64,000 bases of DNA from Thermoplasmata archaeon. Lineage in GTDB: Archaea; Thermoplasmatota; Thermoplasmata; Lutacidiplasmatales; SKW197. Below, one piece after another: positions 1 through 9,700 of the stretch (its first letter is position 1; each line of letters opens with the position of its first letter). The stretch covers positions 4,143-68,142 of the forward strand of contig JBMFNP010000002.1 in NCBI GenBank assembly GCA_049970095.1. The letters are read 5' to 3'. The notes below the pieces were generated by a model. The model saw only the letters and a list, made by a program, of their open reading frames with translations, searched no databases and was not told the origin of the DNA. A program made the translations under genes and the position numbers.

Positions 1-1
1 C

Positions 2-274
2 CCGCAAAAAGGTGCTGGAGAGATGGCACGAGTTCTTAAACTTGGAGGGTACTTTTCTGTGCTTGAAACAGGGAGACCGAAGAAATGGTACCTATTACCA
101 CATTACTGGCTGATAAAACCCACTGCAAGGATTTTTGGGTACACATATATTGACAGGGATGTATCAGCAATACTGATGGATGCAGGTTTTGATATAGTAA
201 ATGTGTACAGGTTTGGGCTGGCATACTGTATCAAGGGGAAAAAGTGTCAGAATAAACCAGCAATCACCAGATAG
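2..274 (+). CDS. C-terminal fragment of a class I SAM-dependent methyltransferase (5' end outside window)
   Basis: The frame is open from the window edge. The KLGGYFSVLE motif resembles the post-motif III region of Rossmann methyltransferases. No start codon lies inside the window. Confidence 0.4.
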   Translation, partial: PQKGAGEMARVLKLGGYFSVLETGRPKKWYLLPHYWLIKPTARIFGYTYIDRDVSAILMDAGFDIVNVYRFGLAYCIKGKKCQNKPAITR

Positions 275-338
275 GGCTTAAACCAAATCCGAGTATTGAA
301 GGAAAAAGTTTTTTTATAATCAAAATAATAAGGAGACT

Positions 339-1292
339 ATGCCCTGTGTGCTGTGTGGTAGTGATGGAAACTATTTCTGTCAAGGCTGTATGGAAAAATT
401 GCCTGCCTTTGGCTATGATAATCTGTATCCTGGGGATAATTTTGTGGATAGATTTAACTGGTTATTTGAAGGTGCAGGCGCACCAGAAACACTGGATGAT
501 TATGACAAAATTCTTGAAATTCTGGGCGTTCCAATCCTACCCACAGAACAGGTTCCAGTCCTTACAATAGGAGACATAAAACTTGTGAATGCCTCTCTGG
601 AAAAACTGAAAAGAGAGTTGGTTGAAACTGGTAAAATTCAGAACACTGATTTTCCATTGCGACTTGCAACCCTTTACTGCATCCACGAAAAAAAAGGAGG
701 GCCAGCCATTGCAGTGGCTAGAATTGTGCTCAACATTGAAGCGGAGAACATTAATGCACACCTCGGTGCAGGTTTTGGCAGTGTTTTGGATGGTAATATG
801 AAGTCAGCATCTGATTACTTTGATGCAGTGCTCTCCAAACAGCCACAGAGCGCAGAAGCATGGTATGGAAAGGCGCTGATTATGAAGGCGGGCGGCAGAT
901 GGGGTGCAGCCATCCAGTTTCTTAATGAGGCAATAAAAATTCACCCCGAGTTCTATCTGGCATATGTAGAAAAAGCAAGCATTCTCTATAACCAGCGGAG
1001 GTTTGAGGAGGCAGATAGGGTAGTGGATACAGCAATAAGAATTCAACCAGATAGCGGGAGTGCCTGGGCATTGAAGGCAGAAATCCTGAATGCGACCGGG
1101 AAGTGGGGCGGTGCATATCAGTGCCTCAATCAGGCAATCTCTCTGGAACCATTGAACAGAAGTTATCTTGTGAACAAGGCAAAGTTATTAATAGTTCATG
1201 GAAGAAAAAGTGAAGCAAGAGAGATTCTTATGGAGGTTTTGAATTTTGAGCGATCCGAAGAGTTACTGGCACTTCTGAAGGAGTGTGATTGA
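339..1292 (+). CDS. TPR-repeat protein with N-terminal Cys4 zinc ribbon
   Basis: N-terminal CVLCGSDGNYFCQGC. There are four or more TPR-like repeats (AEAWYGKALIMKAG..., FYLAYVEKASILYN..., GSAWALKAEILNATG..., RSYLVNKAKLLIVHG). TATA-like tttttttataat lies upstream and a GGAG RBS precedes the ATG. Confidence 0.7.
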   Translation: MPCVLCGSDGNYFCQGCMEKLPAFGYDNLYPGDNFVDRFNWLFEGAGAPETLDDYDKILEILGVPILPTEQVPVLTIGDIKLVNASLEKLKRELVETGKIQNTDFPLRLATLYCIHEKKGGPAIAVARIVLNIEAENINAHLGAGFGSVLDGNMKSASDYFDAVLSKQPQSAEAWYGKALIMKAGGRWGAAIQFLNEAIKIHPEFYLAYVEKASILYNQRRFEEADRVVDTAIRIQPDSGSAWALKAEILNATGKWGGAYQCLNQAISLEPLNRSYLVNKAKLLIVHGRKSEAREILMEVLNFERSEELLALLKECD

Positions 1293-1790
1293 ATGAGTTT
1301 GCCTGTATCTATATTCCTTCGCCCTCTTACGGAACTAAAAGAGGATGAGTGGACAATAGCGGAAATAACGATTAATAACTATGGTGATAGCACAATCCAG
1401 TGTCTGAAGGTTGAAATCTTTGGAGACATTGAAGCAGAGAAGCCCTTGCAGATAGATGCACTTGCCACTGATGAATTGCTTTCTTATCAAATAAAGATAA
1501 GACCCCTGAACTCAGAGGGAATTGTTGTTCTTAAAGCATCAGAAATCCAGGATGGAAATGTGGTGGATTTTGCAGCCACAACAATGCGTTTCCCAATCTC
1601 AGGAACGAAGACAGTAGGGATAAAGGGATATAAGAGATTTGCAGCACATGAGGAACTGATTTGCAAGGTGTGCCAAGAAAAAATATATCCGGGATTTCTG
1701 GTTGTGCAGTGCAGGTGCAATGCAACCTTTCATCACAAGTGTGTCAGGGATATGTTGAAATGTCCAGTATGTGGCAGAACCTGGAAATAA
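1293..1790 (+). CDS. protein with C-terminal C4HC3 (RING/PHD-like) treble-clef zinc finger and N-terminal beta-rich domain
   Basis: The C-terminus is CKVCQEKIYPGFLVVQCRCNATFHHKCVRDMLKCPVCGRTW, spaced C-x2-C-x12-C-x-C-x4-H-x2-C-x6-C-x2-C. The start codon abuts the stop of the upstream TPR gene (1292/1293). Confidence 0.6.
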   Translation: MSLPVSIFLRPLTELKEDEWTIAEITINNYGDSTIQCLKVEIFGDIEAEKPLQIDALATDELLSYQIKIRPLNSEGIVVLKASEIQDGNVVDFAATTMRFPISGTKTVGIKGYKRFAAHEELICKVCQEKIYPGFLVVQCRCNATFHHKCVRDMLKCPVCGRTWK

Positions 1791-2214
1791 TATAGTCATG
1801 AACTGTTATTATTGCCTGAACCACCTTGGTAGTGGTACCTGTGTACTGGGCAGTCACCTTTATTTCTCTGGTATGCACATTCATTGGAAGTGTGGGTGTC
1901 ACATCAAACTGTGCCCGTCCGTTCTTGTCTGTAAGTTTCTTTTGATCTATCCCACAACCCTCAAGGTGTATTTCTACACCCTCCAGTACCTTTCCGTTCA
2001 CATCATAAGCTGTTACTGTTACTGTAACGGTGTTTCCCACTGTGAGGTCTGTATTGTCAATAGTGATATGGTCCAGCTCTGGTTTCTTCACCATGTACAT
2101 CCAGCCAATGAGGATAGCAATTCCCACTGCAGCTACAATCACCAGGACTATGAGAAAGAGCGGCAATCCTTGAAGCGAGCCTCTTTTGTTCCCTCTTCCA
2201 AATTTTCTGGGCAT
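1744..2214 (-). CDS. type II membrane protein with extracellular Ig-like (Big/invasin-like) domain
   Basis: The N-terminus has a basic cytoplasmic stretch (PRKFGRGNKRGS) followed by a TM helix (LPLFLIVLVIVAAVGIAILIGW). It continues with a beta-strand-rich TVTVTVTAYDVNGKVLEGVEIHLEG...DKNGRAQFDVT segment. The 3' end overlaps the convergent gene by 47 nt. Confidence 0.5.
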   Translation of the reverse strand: MPRKFGRGNKRGSLQGLPLFLIVLVIVAAVGIAILIGWMYMVKKPELDHITIDNTDLTVGNTVTVTVTAYDVNGKVLEGVEIHLEGCGIDQKKLTDKNGRAQFDVTPTLPMNVHTREIKVTAQYTGTTTKVVQAIITVHDYIISRFCHILDISTYP

Positions 2215-2268
2215 AGATTTTACCCCACTAATTATAGCTTTTATTAAATATAAACTTTTGGGTTCCCA

Positions 2269-2354
2269 CGGGGGAGAGTGTCAATCTAAATGAAATGAGA
2301 TATAAGAGTGCATTATGTTGGTAGAAAAAGGGCACTTAGACACCCTCGCCCCCA
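2269..2354. repeat. related short inverted-repeat element, copy E (GGGGGAGAGTGTC ... GACACCCTCGCCCCC)
   Basis: Terminal inverted repeats flank ~55 nt, including an internal ttggtagaaaaa. It sits immediately upstream of the korD TATA box. Confidence 0.45.
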
Positions 2355-2399
2355 CCAAATTTTTATAACCCATTGTATTCTCCATGTTGAGGCGGTTTA

Positions 2400-2633
2400 A
2401 TGCACCCAGAAATAAACGAAGAGTATTGCAAGGGCTGTCATCTGTGTATTTTAGTGTGTCCTATGAAAGTTTATTCAAAAAGTGAAAAAATATCGAAGCG
2501 GGGTGCAGTTCTTCCAAAAGTAGAAAAACCAGAGAAATGCCCGAATGCAAAGAAAAAAATTGATGAAAAACTCACATGCGAAATGTGCACGCTCACATGT
2601 CCAGACCAAGCAATAAAATTCATGGAGGATTAG
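2400..2633 (+). CDS. korD: 2-oxoacid:ferredoxin oxidoreductase delta subunit (2x[4Fe-4S] ferredoxin)
   Basis: Two CxxCxxCxxxCP clusters (CKGCHLCILVCP, CEMCTLTCP). It lies immediately upstream of the alpha/beta subunits. TATA tttttataa is ~32 nt upstream. Confidence 0.8.
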   Translation: MHPEINEEYCKGCHLCILVCPMKVYSKSEKISKRGAVLPKVEKPEKCPNAKKKIDEKLTCEMCTLTCPDQAIKFMED

Positions 2634-2634
2634 T

Positions 2635-3738
2635 ATGCGGGATTTCATGCTCGGCAATGAAGCTTGTGTGAGGGGCGCAATTGCTGCAGGATGCAAATTC
2701 TATGCTGGGTATCCAATTACTCCCTCCACTGAAATTGCAGAAGCAATGGCAAGAGAATTGCCAAAGGCAGGTGGAACCTTTATCCAGATGGAAGATGAAA
2801 TTGCAAGCATCTCTGCCTGCATCGGGGCTTCATGGGCGGGTGTGAAGGCAATGTCTGCCACATCTGGACCTGGTTTCAGTTTAATGCAGGAGGGAATAGG
2901 TTATGCTGCAATGACAGAAACCCCCATTGTAATTGTTAATTGCATGCGAGGAGGTCCATCCACAGGCCAGCCCACAAAGCCAGCACAGGGGGATGTAATG
3001 CAGGCAAAATTTGGTTCTCATGGTGACTATGAAATTATTGCACTCACCCCTTCAACAGTCCAGGAAATGTTTGATTTAACAGTTGAATCTTTCAACCTTT
3101 CTGAGCAATACAGAGTTCCTGTAATTTTACTGGCGGATGGTGAAATTGCGCATATGCGGGAGACTGTACAAATTCCAGATAAAATAAGAATAGTGAACAG
3201 AAAACTGGCAGCATCGGGCATAATAAAAGAGGTTTGGAAGCCAGATTGGGACGGGATTGTCCCGTTCCCAGTATTTGGCAGGGGGCACAGAGTATATATC
3301 TCAGGAACTACATCCGACATATATGGATATCCTTCAACAGTCAATCCCGAAGTGCATGCAGCAACCGTCCAGAGAATTTGTGAGAAAATCAGGAAAAATG
3401 CAGATAAAATCTGGAGGTACGAGGTATATAATGAGGATGCAGACAAAATAATATTTGCATATGGACTCCCTGCGAGAACAGCACTCTCTGTAGCAAAATC
3501 CTCTCAGAACATAGGGGTTTTTCGTCCAATTACCCTCTGGCCTTTCCCAGATCAACCCCTGGAAAAAATTGTTGAAGGAAAGGAGGTCTATGTGCTGGAA
3601 ATGAACTACGGAAAAATGCTGAAGGAATTGGAGAGAGTGGCATATAAAGCAAAAGCGAAAAAAATTGCATTCCTCCCGAAACTCGGAGGCGCAATTCACA
3701 CAATCATGGAAGTGAGAAGGTTTGTGGGGGTGGGCTAA
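2635..3738 (+). CDS. korA: 2-oxoacid (likely 2-oxoglutarate):ferredoxin oxidoreductase alpha subunit
   Basis: GNEACVRGAIAAGCKFYAGYPITPSTEI and a conserved PFOR alpha core. GGAGG RBS. Confidence 0.85.
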   Translation: MRDFMLGNEACVRGAIAAGCKFYAGYPITPSTEIAEAMARELPKAGGTFIQMEDEIASISACIGASWAGVKAMSATSGPGFSLMQEGIGYAAMTETPIVIVNCMRGGPSTGQPTKPAQGDVMQAKFGSHGDYEIIALTPSTVQEMFDLTVESFNLSEQYRVPVILLADGEIAHMRETVQIPDKIRIVNRKLAASGIIKEVWKPDWDGIVPFPVFGRGHRVYISGTTSDIYGYPSTVNPEVHAATVQRICEKIRKNADKIWRYEVYNEDADKIIFAYGLPARTALSVAKSSQNIGVFRPITLWPFPDQPLEKIVEGKEVYVLEMNYGKMLKELERVAYKAKAKKIAFLPKLGGAIHTIMEVRRFVGVG

Positions 3739-4530
3739 ATGCTGGCTATTGAAGAATTCTTCAGAATGGATAGATGGCCTAACAGTTATTGCCCTGGCTG
3801 TGGTAATGGCACTGTAATGAACTGCCTCTATCGTGCACTCCGTGATGCTGTCAACCTGGATAAACTGGTGATGGTTGGAGGAATCGGATGCTCTGCAAGA
3901 ATTGATGGTTATGTTTTCTCGGATGCAATTCATACAACCCATGGGAGGGCAATAGCCTTCGCAACGGGAATAAAACTCGGAAATCCAGAACTGGATGTAA
4001 TTGTCATCGGCGGAGATGGTGACATTGGTGCAATTGGCGGAAATCATCTGATAAATGCCGCAAGAAGGAACATGGACCTCCTGGTAATCTGTATTAATAA
4101 CTGGATTTATGGTATGACAGGGGGGCAGGTGTCTCCAGCATCTCCGCACGACTGCCTGAGCACAACAACACCCACTGGTAACCCTGAGTATGCATTTGAA
4201 TTCGCAAAACTAGTGGCAGAATGCGGCGCAAATTATTCAGCCCGTTGGAGCATCACACATCCGATGCAGTTGATTAACTCTATAAGGAAAGCACATGAAA
4301 AGAAGGGGTTCAGATTTGTGGAAGTGCTTTCAATATGTCCAACAGGGTATGGAAGAAACAACCGTATGGTTGAACCCACACAACTTTATGAATTTCTTAA
4401 AACCAGCACATATGTGATGAAAGGAATTCCAGATAGTGCACTCAATATAGATGGGAAATTTGGTTTAGGAGAGTTTGCTGACCGAGATAGAGAGAGTTAC
4501 ATAGAAATTTTGAATAAAACAAGGAGGTAA
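3739..4530 (+). CDS. korB: 2-oxoacid:ferredoxin oxidoreductase beta subunit (TPP-binding)
   Basis: CPGCGNG...GIGCS...GGDGD TPP/Fe-S motifs. The ATG directly follows the korA stop. Confidence 0.85.
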   Translation: MLAIEEFFRMDRWPNSYCPGCGNGTVMNCLYRALRDAVNLDKLVMVGGIGCSARIDGYVFSDAIHTTHGRAIAFATGIKLGNPELDVIVIGGDGDIGAIGGNHLINAARRNMDLLVICINNWIYGMTGGQVSPASPHDCLSTTTPTGNPEYAFEFAKLVAECGANYSARWSITHPMQLINSIRKAHEKKGFRFVEVLSICPTGYGRNNRMVEPTQLYEFLKTSTYVMKGIPDSALNIDGKFGLGEFADRDRESYIEILNKTRR

Positions 4531-4534
4531 AAAA

Positions 4535-5632
4535 ATGGTAAAACTACCAGAATATATGGGAAAAGAGATTTTCAAGAAATACGGGATCCCAGTGCCGAAC
4601 GGAAAATTGCTGAGACGGGGAGACACCATAGAATGGCCGGGTGCACCAGTATGTGTGAAAGCACAGGTACTGGCAGGAAAACGCGGAAAGGCAGGTGCAG
4701 TGAAATTTGCAAATAGCAAGGAGGAACTTGAACTAGCAGTTGGAGAAATAATGACAATGAGAGTTGGGGGCATGAATGTGAATGAGGTGCTTGTGGAGGA
4801 AAAACTGAACATTCTCAAGGAGTACTATTTGAGCATCACGCTGGATAGAGACCAAAGATGCCCCGTGCTCTTGGCCAGTGCAAGTGGTGGCATGGATATT
4901 GAAGAGGTGCCAGATACCGAAATACAGAAAATTTACATTCCACCATTTATTGGTGTGCAACCCTACATGCTCAGGGAAATAGTAACAAAACTCGGATTTG
5001 ATAAAGAAACAGGGAAGTCTGCTGGGAATATCATTCGCCAGATGTACGAAATCTTCAGATGCGAGGATGCGGAACTTGTAGAAATTAATCCGCTTGCAGA
5101 TGTGGGTGGTAAACTTGTGGCTGCGGATGCAAAGGTGATAATAGAAGATGATGCCCTGTTCCGCCACCCAGAATACAAGAATGTGCCGCAAGAACTCACA
5201 GAACTTGAGAGGAAGGCAAAGGAGAAGGATATTTCCTTTATCCAGTTGGATGGAGACATAGGTATAATCGCAAATGGCGCAGGATTAACTATGGCAACTC
5301 TTGATGCAATTACATACTATGGAGGGAAACCTGCTGTATTTCTTGACCTGGGTGGTACAGATGATGTGGAAAAGGTAAAGGAGGCATTCAAACTTGTGCT
5401 TGAAATCAACCCGAGATGTGTGCTCGTAAACATTTTTGGTGGGGTAACAAAGTGTGATACTGTGGCAAAAGGTATTGTTGAGGTGCTGGGAAACAACGCC
5501 AAAATTAGAATTGCAGCAAGAATAAAGGGTTTCAACGAAGAGGAGGCAAGAGAGATATTTGCGAATGCAGGAATTAAAGGTGTGAGTTCCCTTGATGAAG
5601 CTGCAAAATTTGTTTGCGAAGGGGGTGCGTAA
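4535..5632 (+). CDS. sucC: succinyl-CoA synthetase (ADP-forming) beta subunit
   Basis: ATP-grasp N-terminus [21 protein letters not shown] and full-length conservation. GGAGG RBS. Confidence 0.9.
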   Translation: MVKLPEYMGKEIFKKYGIPVPNGKLLRRGDTIEWPGAPVCVKAQVLAGKRGKAGAVKFANSKEELELAVGEIMTMRVGGMNVNEVLVEEKLNILKEYYLSITLDRDQRCPVLLASASGGMDIEEVPDTEIQKIYIPPFIGVQPYMLREIVTKLGFDKETGKSAGNIIRQMYEIFRCEDAELVEINPLADVGGKLVAADAKVIIEDDALFRHPEYKNVPQELTELERKAKEKDISFIQLDGDIGIIANGAGLTMATLDAITYYGGKPAVFLDLGGTDDVEKVKEAFKLVLEINPRCVLVNIFGGVTKCDTVAKGIVEVLGNNAKIRIAARIKGFNEEEAREIFANAGIKGVSSLDEAAKFVCEGGA

Positions 5633-5636
5633 AAAT

Positions 5637-6506
5637 ATGAGCATTATCGTGGATGAAAATACCAAAGTGTTAATACAAGGAATTACAGGGCATCAGGGTA
5701 CATTTCACTCAAGGGCAATGCGAGCATTCGGAACAAAAGTGGTGGCTGGAGTGACACCCGGGAAGGGAGGTAGTGATGTAGAAGGTGTGCCAGTATTTAA
5801 CAGTGTAAAGGAGGCTGTAGAACACACTGATGCCAATGCCTCGGTTATCTTTGTCCCTGCCCCATTTGCAAAAGACGCATGTTATGAAGCAATTGATGCG
5901 GGTGTAAAGGTGATTGTTGTAATCACTGAGCATATTCCATTCCACGATACAATGGAAGTGGTTCACTATTGTAAGTACAGGGGCGTAACAATGATAGGAC
6001 CAAACACCCCAGGAATTACCTCTGTTGGAAAAACCAAGCTTGGAATAATGCCAAACAATGTATTCTTGAAAGGGGATACTGGTGTTGTCTCCAGAAGCGG
6101 TACTCTCACCTATGAAATCGTGAATGCATTAACTGAGGATGGCATCGGACAGACCACATGTGTTGGAATTGGTGGTGACCCTGTGAATGGAATGAACTTT
6201 GTGGAAATCCTAGAGTTATTTGAAAAAGATCCAGAAACAAAAAGAATTGTGCTTGTAGGTGAAATTGGGGGAATGGCAGAAGAAATTGCAGCAGAGTATA
6301 TTCGGAAAAATATTAGTAAGCCAGTATATGCCTACATTGCAGGGCGCTCTGCACCCCCAGGCAAGAGAATGGGACATGCAGGTGCAATAATACAGAGAGG
6401 TAAGGGAACAGCGGACTCAAAGGTGAAAAGCCTGGAAAATGCAGGAGTAAAGGTTGCGAAAATTCCTGCAGATATTGCAAAACTGATAAGGGAAAAAGAG
6501 GGGTAA
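5637..6506 (+). CDS. sucD: succinyl-CoA synthetase alpha subunit
   Basis: [18 protein letters not shown]...GHAGAII and the CoA-binding/His-loop regions. Start chosen at ATG 5637, just after the sucC stop. Confidence 0.9.
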   Translation: MSIIVDENTKVLIQGITGHQGTFHSRAMRAFGTKVVAGVTPGKGGSDVEGVPVFNSVKEAVEHTDANASVIFVPAPFAKDACYEAIDAGVKVIVVITEHIPFHDTMEVVHYCKYRGVTMIGPNTPGITSVGKTKLGIMPNNVFLKGDTGVVSRSGTLTYEIVNALTEDGIGQTTCVGIGGDPVNGMNFVEILELFEKDPETKRIVLVGEIGGMAEEIAAEYIRKNISKPVYAYIAGRSAPPGKRMGHAGAIIQRGKGTADSKVKSLENAGVKVAKIPADIAKLIREKEG

Positions 6507-6777
6507 CAAGGAAGGTTATAGGCAACCATTTTGACCAGCAAAGTTTATATCCATCCATGTATCGTCTGGGATGTGCTCTCAGATGGGATCCTTGGACGAT
6601 GTAATATGGCAATAAAAATGTGTAATATATAATTAATAATCATAGATAAAAACTGCAGGTGCAAACATATATATAGAAGTATGCCCATTAATAAAAATTG
6701 ACGGACTGATGTCTGACAAAAGATGGGATGAAATATGACGAACATAAAATAAAAAAAGAGCCAGAAGGAGGCAACAC

Positions 6778-9700
6778 ATGTATCTGAAAGAAATTCAGAT
6801 GAGGAATTTCAAAACTTTCATGAAACCTGTGTCAATCCGCTTTGAAAAGGGATTTACTGCTATCACAGGTCCTAACGGAAGCGGTAAATCCAATATTTCA
6901 GACGCAGTCCTCTTTGTTCTGGGTCCGAAAAGTTCAAGGGTGATTCGTGCAGGAAAACTCACAGACCTGATTTTCAATGGTGGAAAAGAGGGAAAGCCAG
7001 CAAAGGAGTGTGAATGCTCCCTTATTTTTGATAATACGGACAGAACAATTCCAATTGATGCAGATGAAGTGAAACTCACAAGAGTGGTGAAAATTTCTCC
7101 TACAGACCCATCTGGATATAACAGTTATTTTTATGTGAATGAAAAAAAGTCCACACTTGGAGAATTTGAAGAACTCCTTGCAAATGCAAGAATTTCTGCG
7201 GATAGTTACAACATTGTTCGCCAGGGAGATATAACAAGTATTGTTGAAAAAATGACCCCCATAGACATAAGAAAAATCATAGATGGAATTGCTGGCATCA
7301 CAAAATTTGATGAAGATATCAAAAAAGCAGAGGAGAAAAGGGCATATGTTGAAGACAATCTTTCCAAGACAAGTTTAATTCTTGAGGAACTCAAGAACCA
7401 GCTAGGAAATCTTGAAAAAGACAGGGACACTGCACTGAAATACATTGAACTGAAAAATAAACTGGATGTTGCAAGGGCTTCTCTTGCTACAAAAAAGAAG
7501 GAGAGTACAGAGGCTGAAATAGAGAACATAAAGAAACTTATTGCATCCCAGCAAGCAGAAATTGAAACACTCAAAGCCCAGAAAGTGAAACTCGGTGAGA
7601 ACATAAAGGCGCTGAACTTAAAAAAAGAGGAGATTGAGAGGGAAATTGTTGCAAGGGGAGGAGAGCAGTTCAAGAAACTAAAGAATGAGATAGATGGCAT
7701 CCGCCTCAATGTAGCAAAGGCAAGAGATCGTGCTGGCGAACTGAGAGAGAACAGCACTTCACTTAAATCCGAGAAAAATGTGTGCGAAAAAGAAATCCAG
7801 AGAATTGAGAAGGCAAAATCTAATCTTGAAAAAGAGTATAAAGATACTGGTAGAGAACTTGAAAATGTAAAAAGATCAGTCCAGGAATTTGATGAACAGA
7901 TAAAAGCACTTGAGGACCAAATTTCAAAATCTGACATTGAGATTGCAAACCTCCAGCGTGAACTCCTAAAAATCAATTCATCAATTGAGAAAAAAATGGA
8001 GGAATTTAAAAATGCAGAGATTGAGCACAGCAAGGTGAGAAGCACCCTGGACACACTTGAAGTCCAGATAACAAATCTTGAGGAAGAACTCAAAACCCGT
8101 GAGTTTGAATTGAGAGATGCAGAGTTTCAGCTGAAGGAACTGAGCAGTACCAAGAAAAGTTATGAAAAAAGCATTCAGGATCTAACCACCGCGTTCCACA
8201 GAAAACGGGGAGAAATTGCAAAACTGGAAGCAGAAATTGAGAAGTGTGAAGATGAAATCCGCGAATTAACCCGTACATACAACAATCTGAAAGCCCAGAT
8301 AGAGGCAAGAACTGGTGCTGAAAAGGGGACAAGCGATGCATTGAATGCCATAATGGATGCCATGAGTAGAAACCTCATAAAAGGAATTCATGGAACGGTT
8401 GCCCAGCTTGCTAGATTTGATGAGGAACACAGTGTGGCACTTGGAGTTGCAGCGGGACCCAGAATGAACGCAATAATTGTGGAGGATGACGGTGTTGCTG
8501 CCCAGTGCATTGAATACCTGAAACAGAAAAAGGCAGGAAGGGCGATTTTCATTCCGCTGAACAAGATTCTGGAAAACCGGCCCAGGGGAAAGGCAGTACT
8601 GGTTGCAAAGGATAAGAACTGTCTGGGTTTTGCAATAGACCTTCTTGAGTTTGATGAGAAGTATCGTCCAGCATTCTCCTATGTCTTCGGAGACACGCTT
8701 GTAATGAAAGACCTAGATTCCGCAAGAGCAGTAATGGGTGGAGTACGGCTGGTTACACTTGCCGGAGAACTGATAGAGGCAAGCGGTGCAATGATTGGGG
8801 GCAGCATTCAGGAAAAAGAGAAATTTGGTGCAAGCGCAATGCGCGAACTGGATATGATCGGAAAGAAACTTGCGGATAAACTGGAAGAGGAAAAAACGCT
8901 GAGAGAAAAACTGAAAGCAGAGAAAGAGGAATTGAAAAAATTGGAAGATGAAATTCAAGAAAGGCACACAAAGGAGAGCACCTCACAGCTTGCATACGAA
9001 ACCTATCTGGTGAGAAAGAAGGAGGCGGAGAAACATCTTAATGATGGAAAGGAAATGTTGGCAAAGATGAACAAAGAGAAAGAAACTGCTCTGGATGCGG
9101 TGGAAAAATTGGCGAGCACATGCAGTGCAATCCAGAACCAAATTGAAAATATGAAGAAAGAAAAAGAGGAAATAACTACAAGGATTCTCAACCTCACACC
9201 AAAGGCGCTCAGTGAAGAACTCAAGGCAAAAAGAAAAGCCCTTCAGGATTTGCAAGTAAAGAGGGCGGAACTGGAGGGCAGGCTCTCATCTCTTGAAACC
9301 AACCTCAAACTCTATGGAGAAAGGATAGAGGAGCAGAGGCGAAAGCTTGCTGGAATCATTGAGCAGATTGAGAAGAACGGGAAGGAAATTGAGAGGTTAA
9401 ATCTGGAGGCGAGTGAAGGGGAGGAAAAACTCAAAACCTTGATGAGAGTTGAAGAATCCATGAATAAGGAGTTGCTGGATTTACAGAAGAAGAGAGATGA
9501 GGTGTTCTGCCAGATTAATGAAAACACTGCAGAAATAGATAAGATTGATACAAAAATTCTTTCAAAGAATGATATAATTATAAGCCAAACAACCAAACTC
9601 CGAACAATGGAGGAAGCCCTTGCGGAAGTTAACATAGAACTCAGCGCCTACAATGTAAAAATTCCAGAAAAACTTCCGTCAAATGAGGAACTAAAGCGCA

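Noticed and set aside
1771-2247. 158-aa plus ORF
   Set aside because: It is antisense to the better-supported membrane/Ig-like gene 1744-2214. It is Cys/His-rich and low complexity.
3334-4149. 271-aa minus-strand ORF overlapping korA/korB
   Set aside because: It is antisense to conserved kor genes and has no recognisable family.
6507-6777. 271-bp AT-rich spacer before smc, checked for an ncRNA or CRISPR-like repeats
   Set aside because: There are no direct repeats or conserved structure beyond a short ATCGTC/GACGAT stem. It reads as ordinary promoter/terminator spacer.
7206-8093. 295-aa minus-strand ORF inside smc
   Set aside because: It is antisense to a strongly supported gene. The S/F-rich low-complexity translation is typical of reading a K/E-rich coiled-coil gene backwards.
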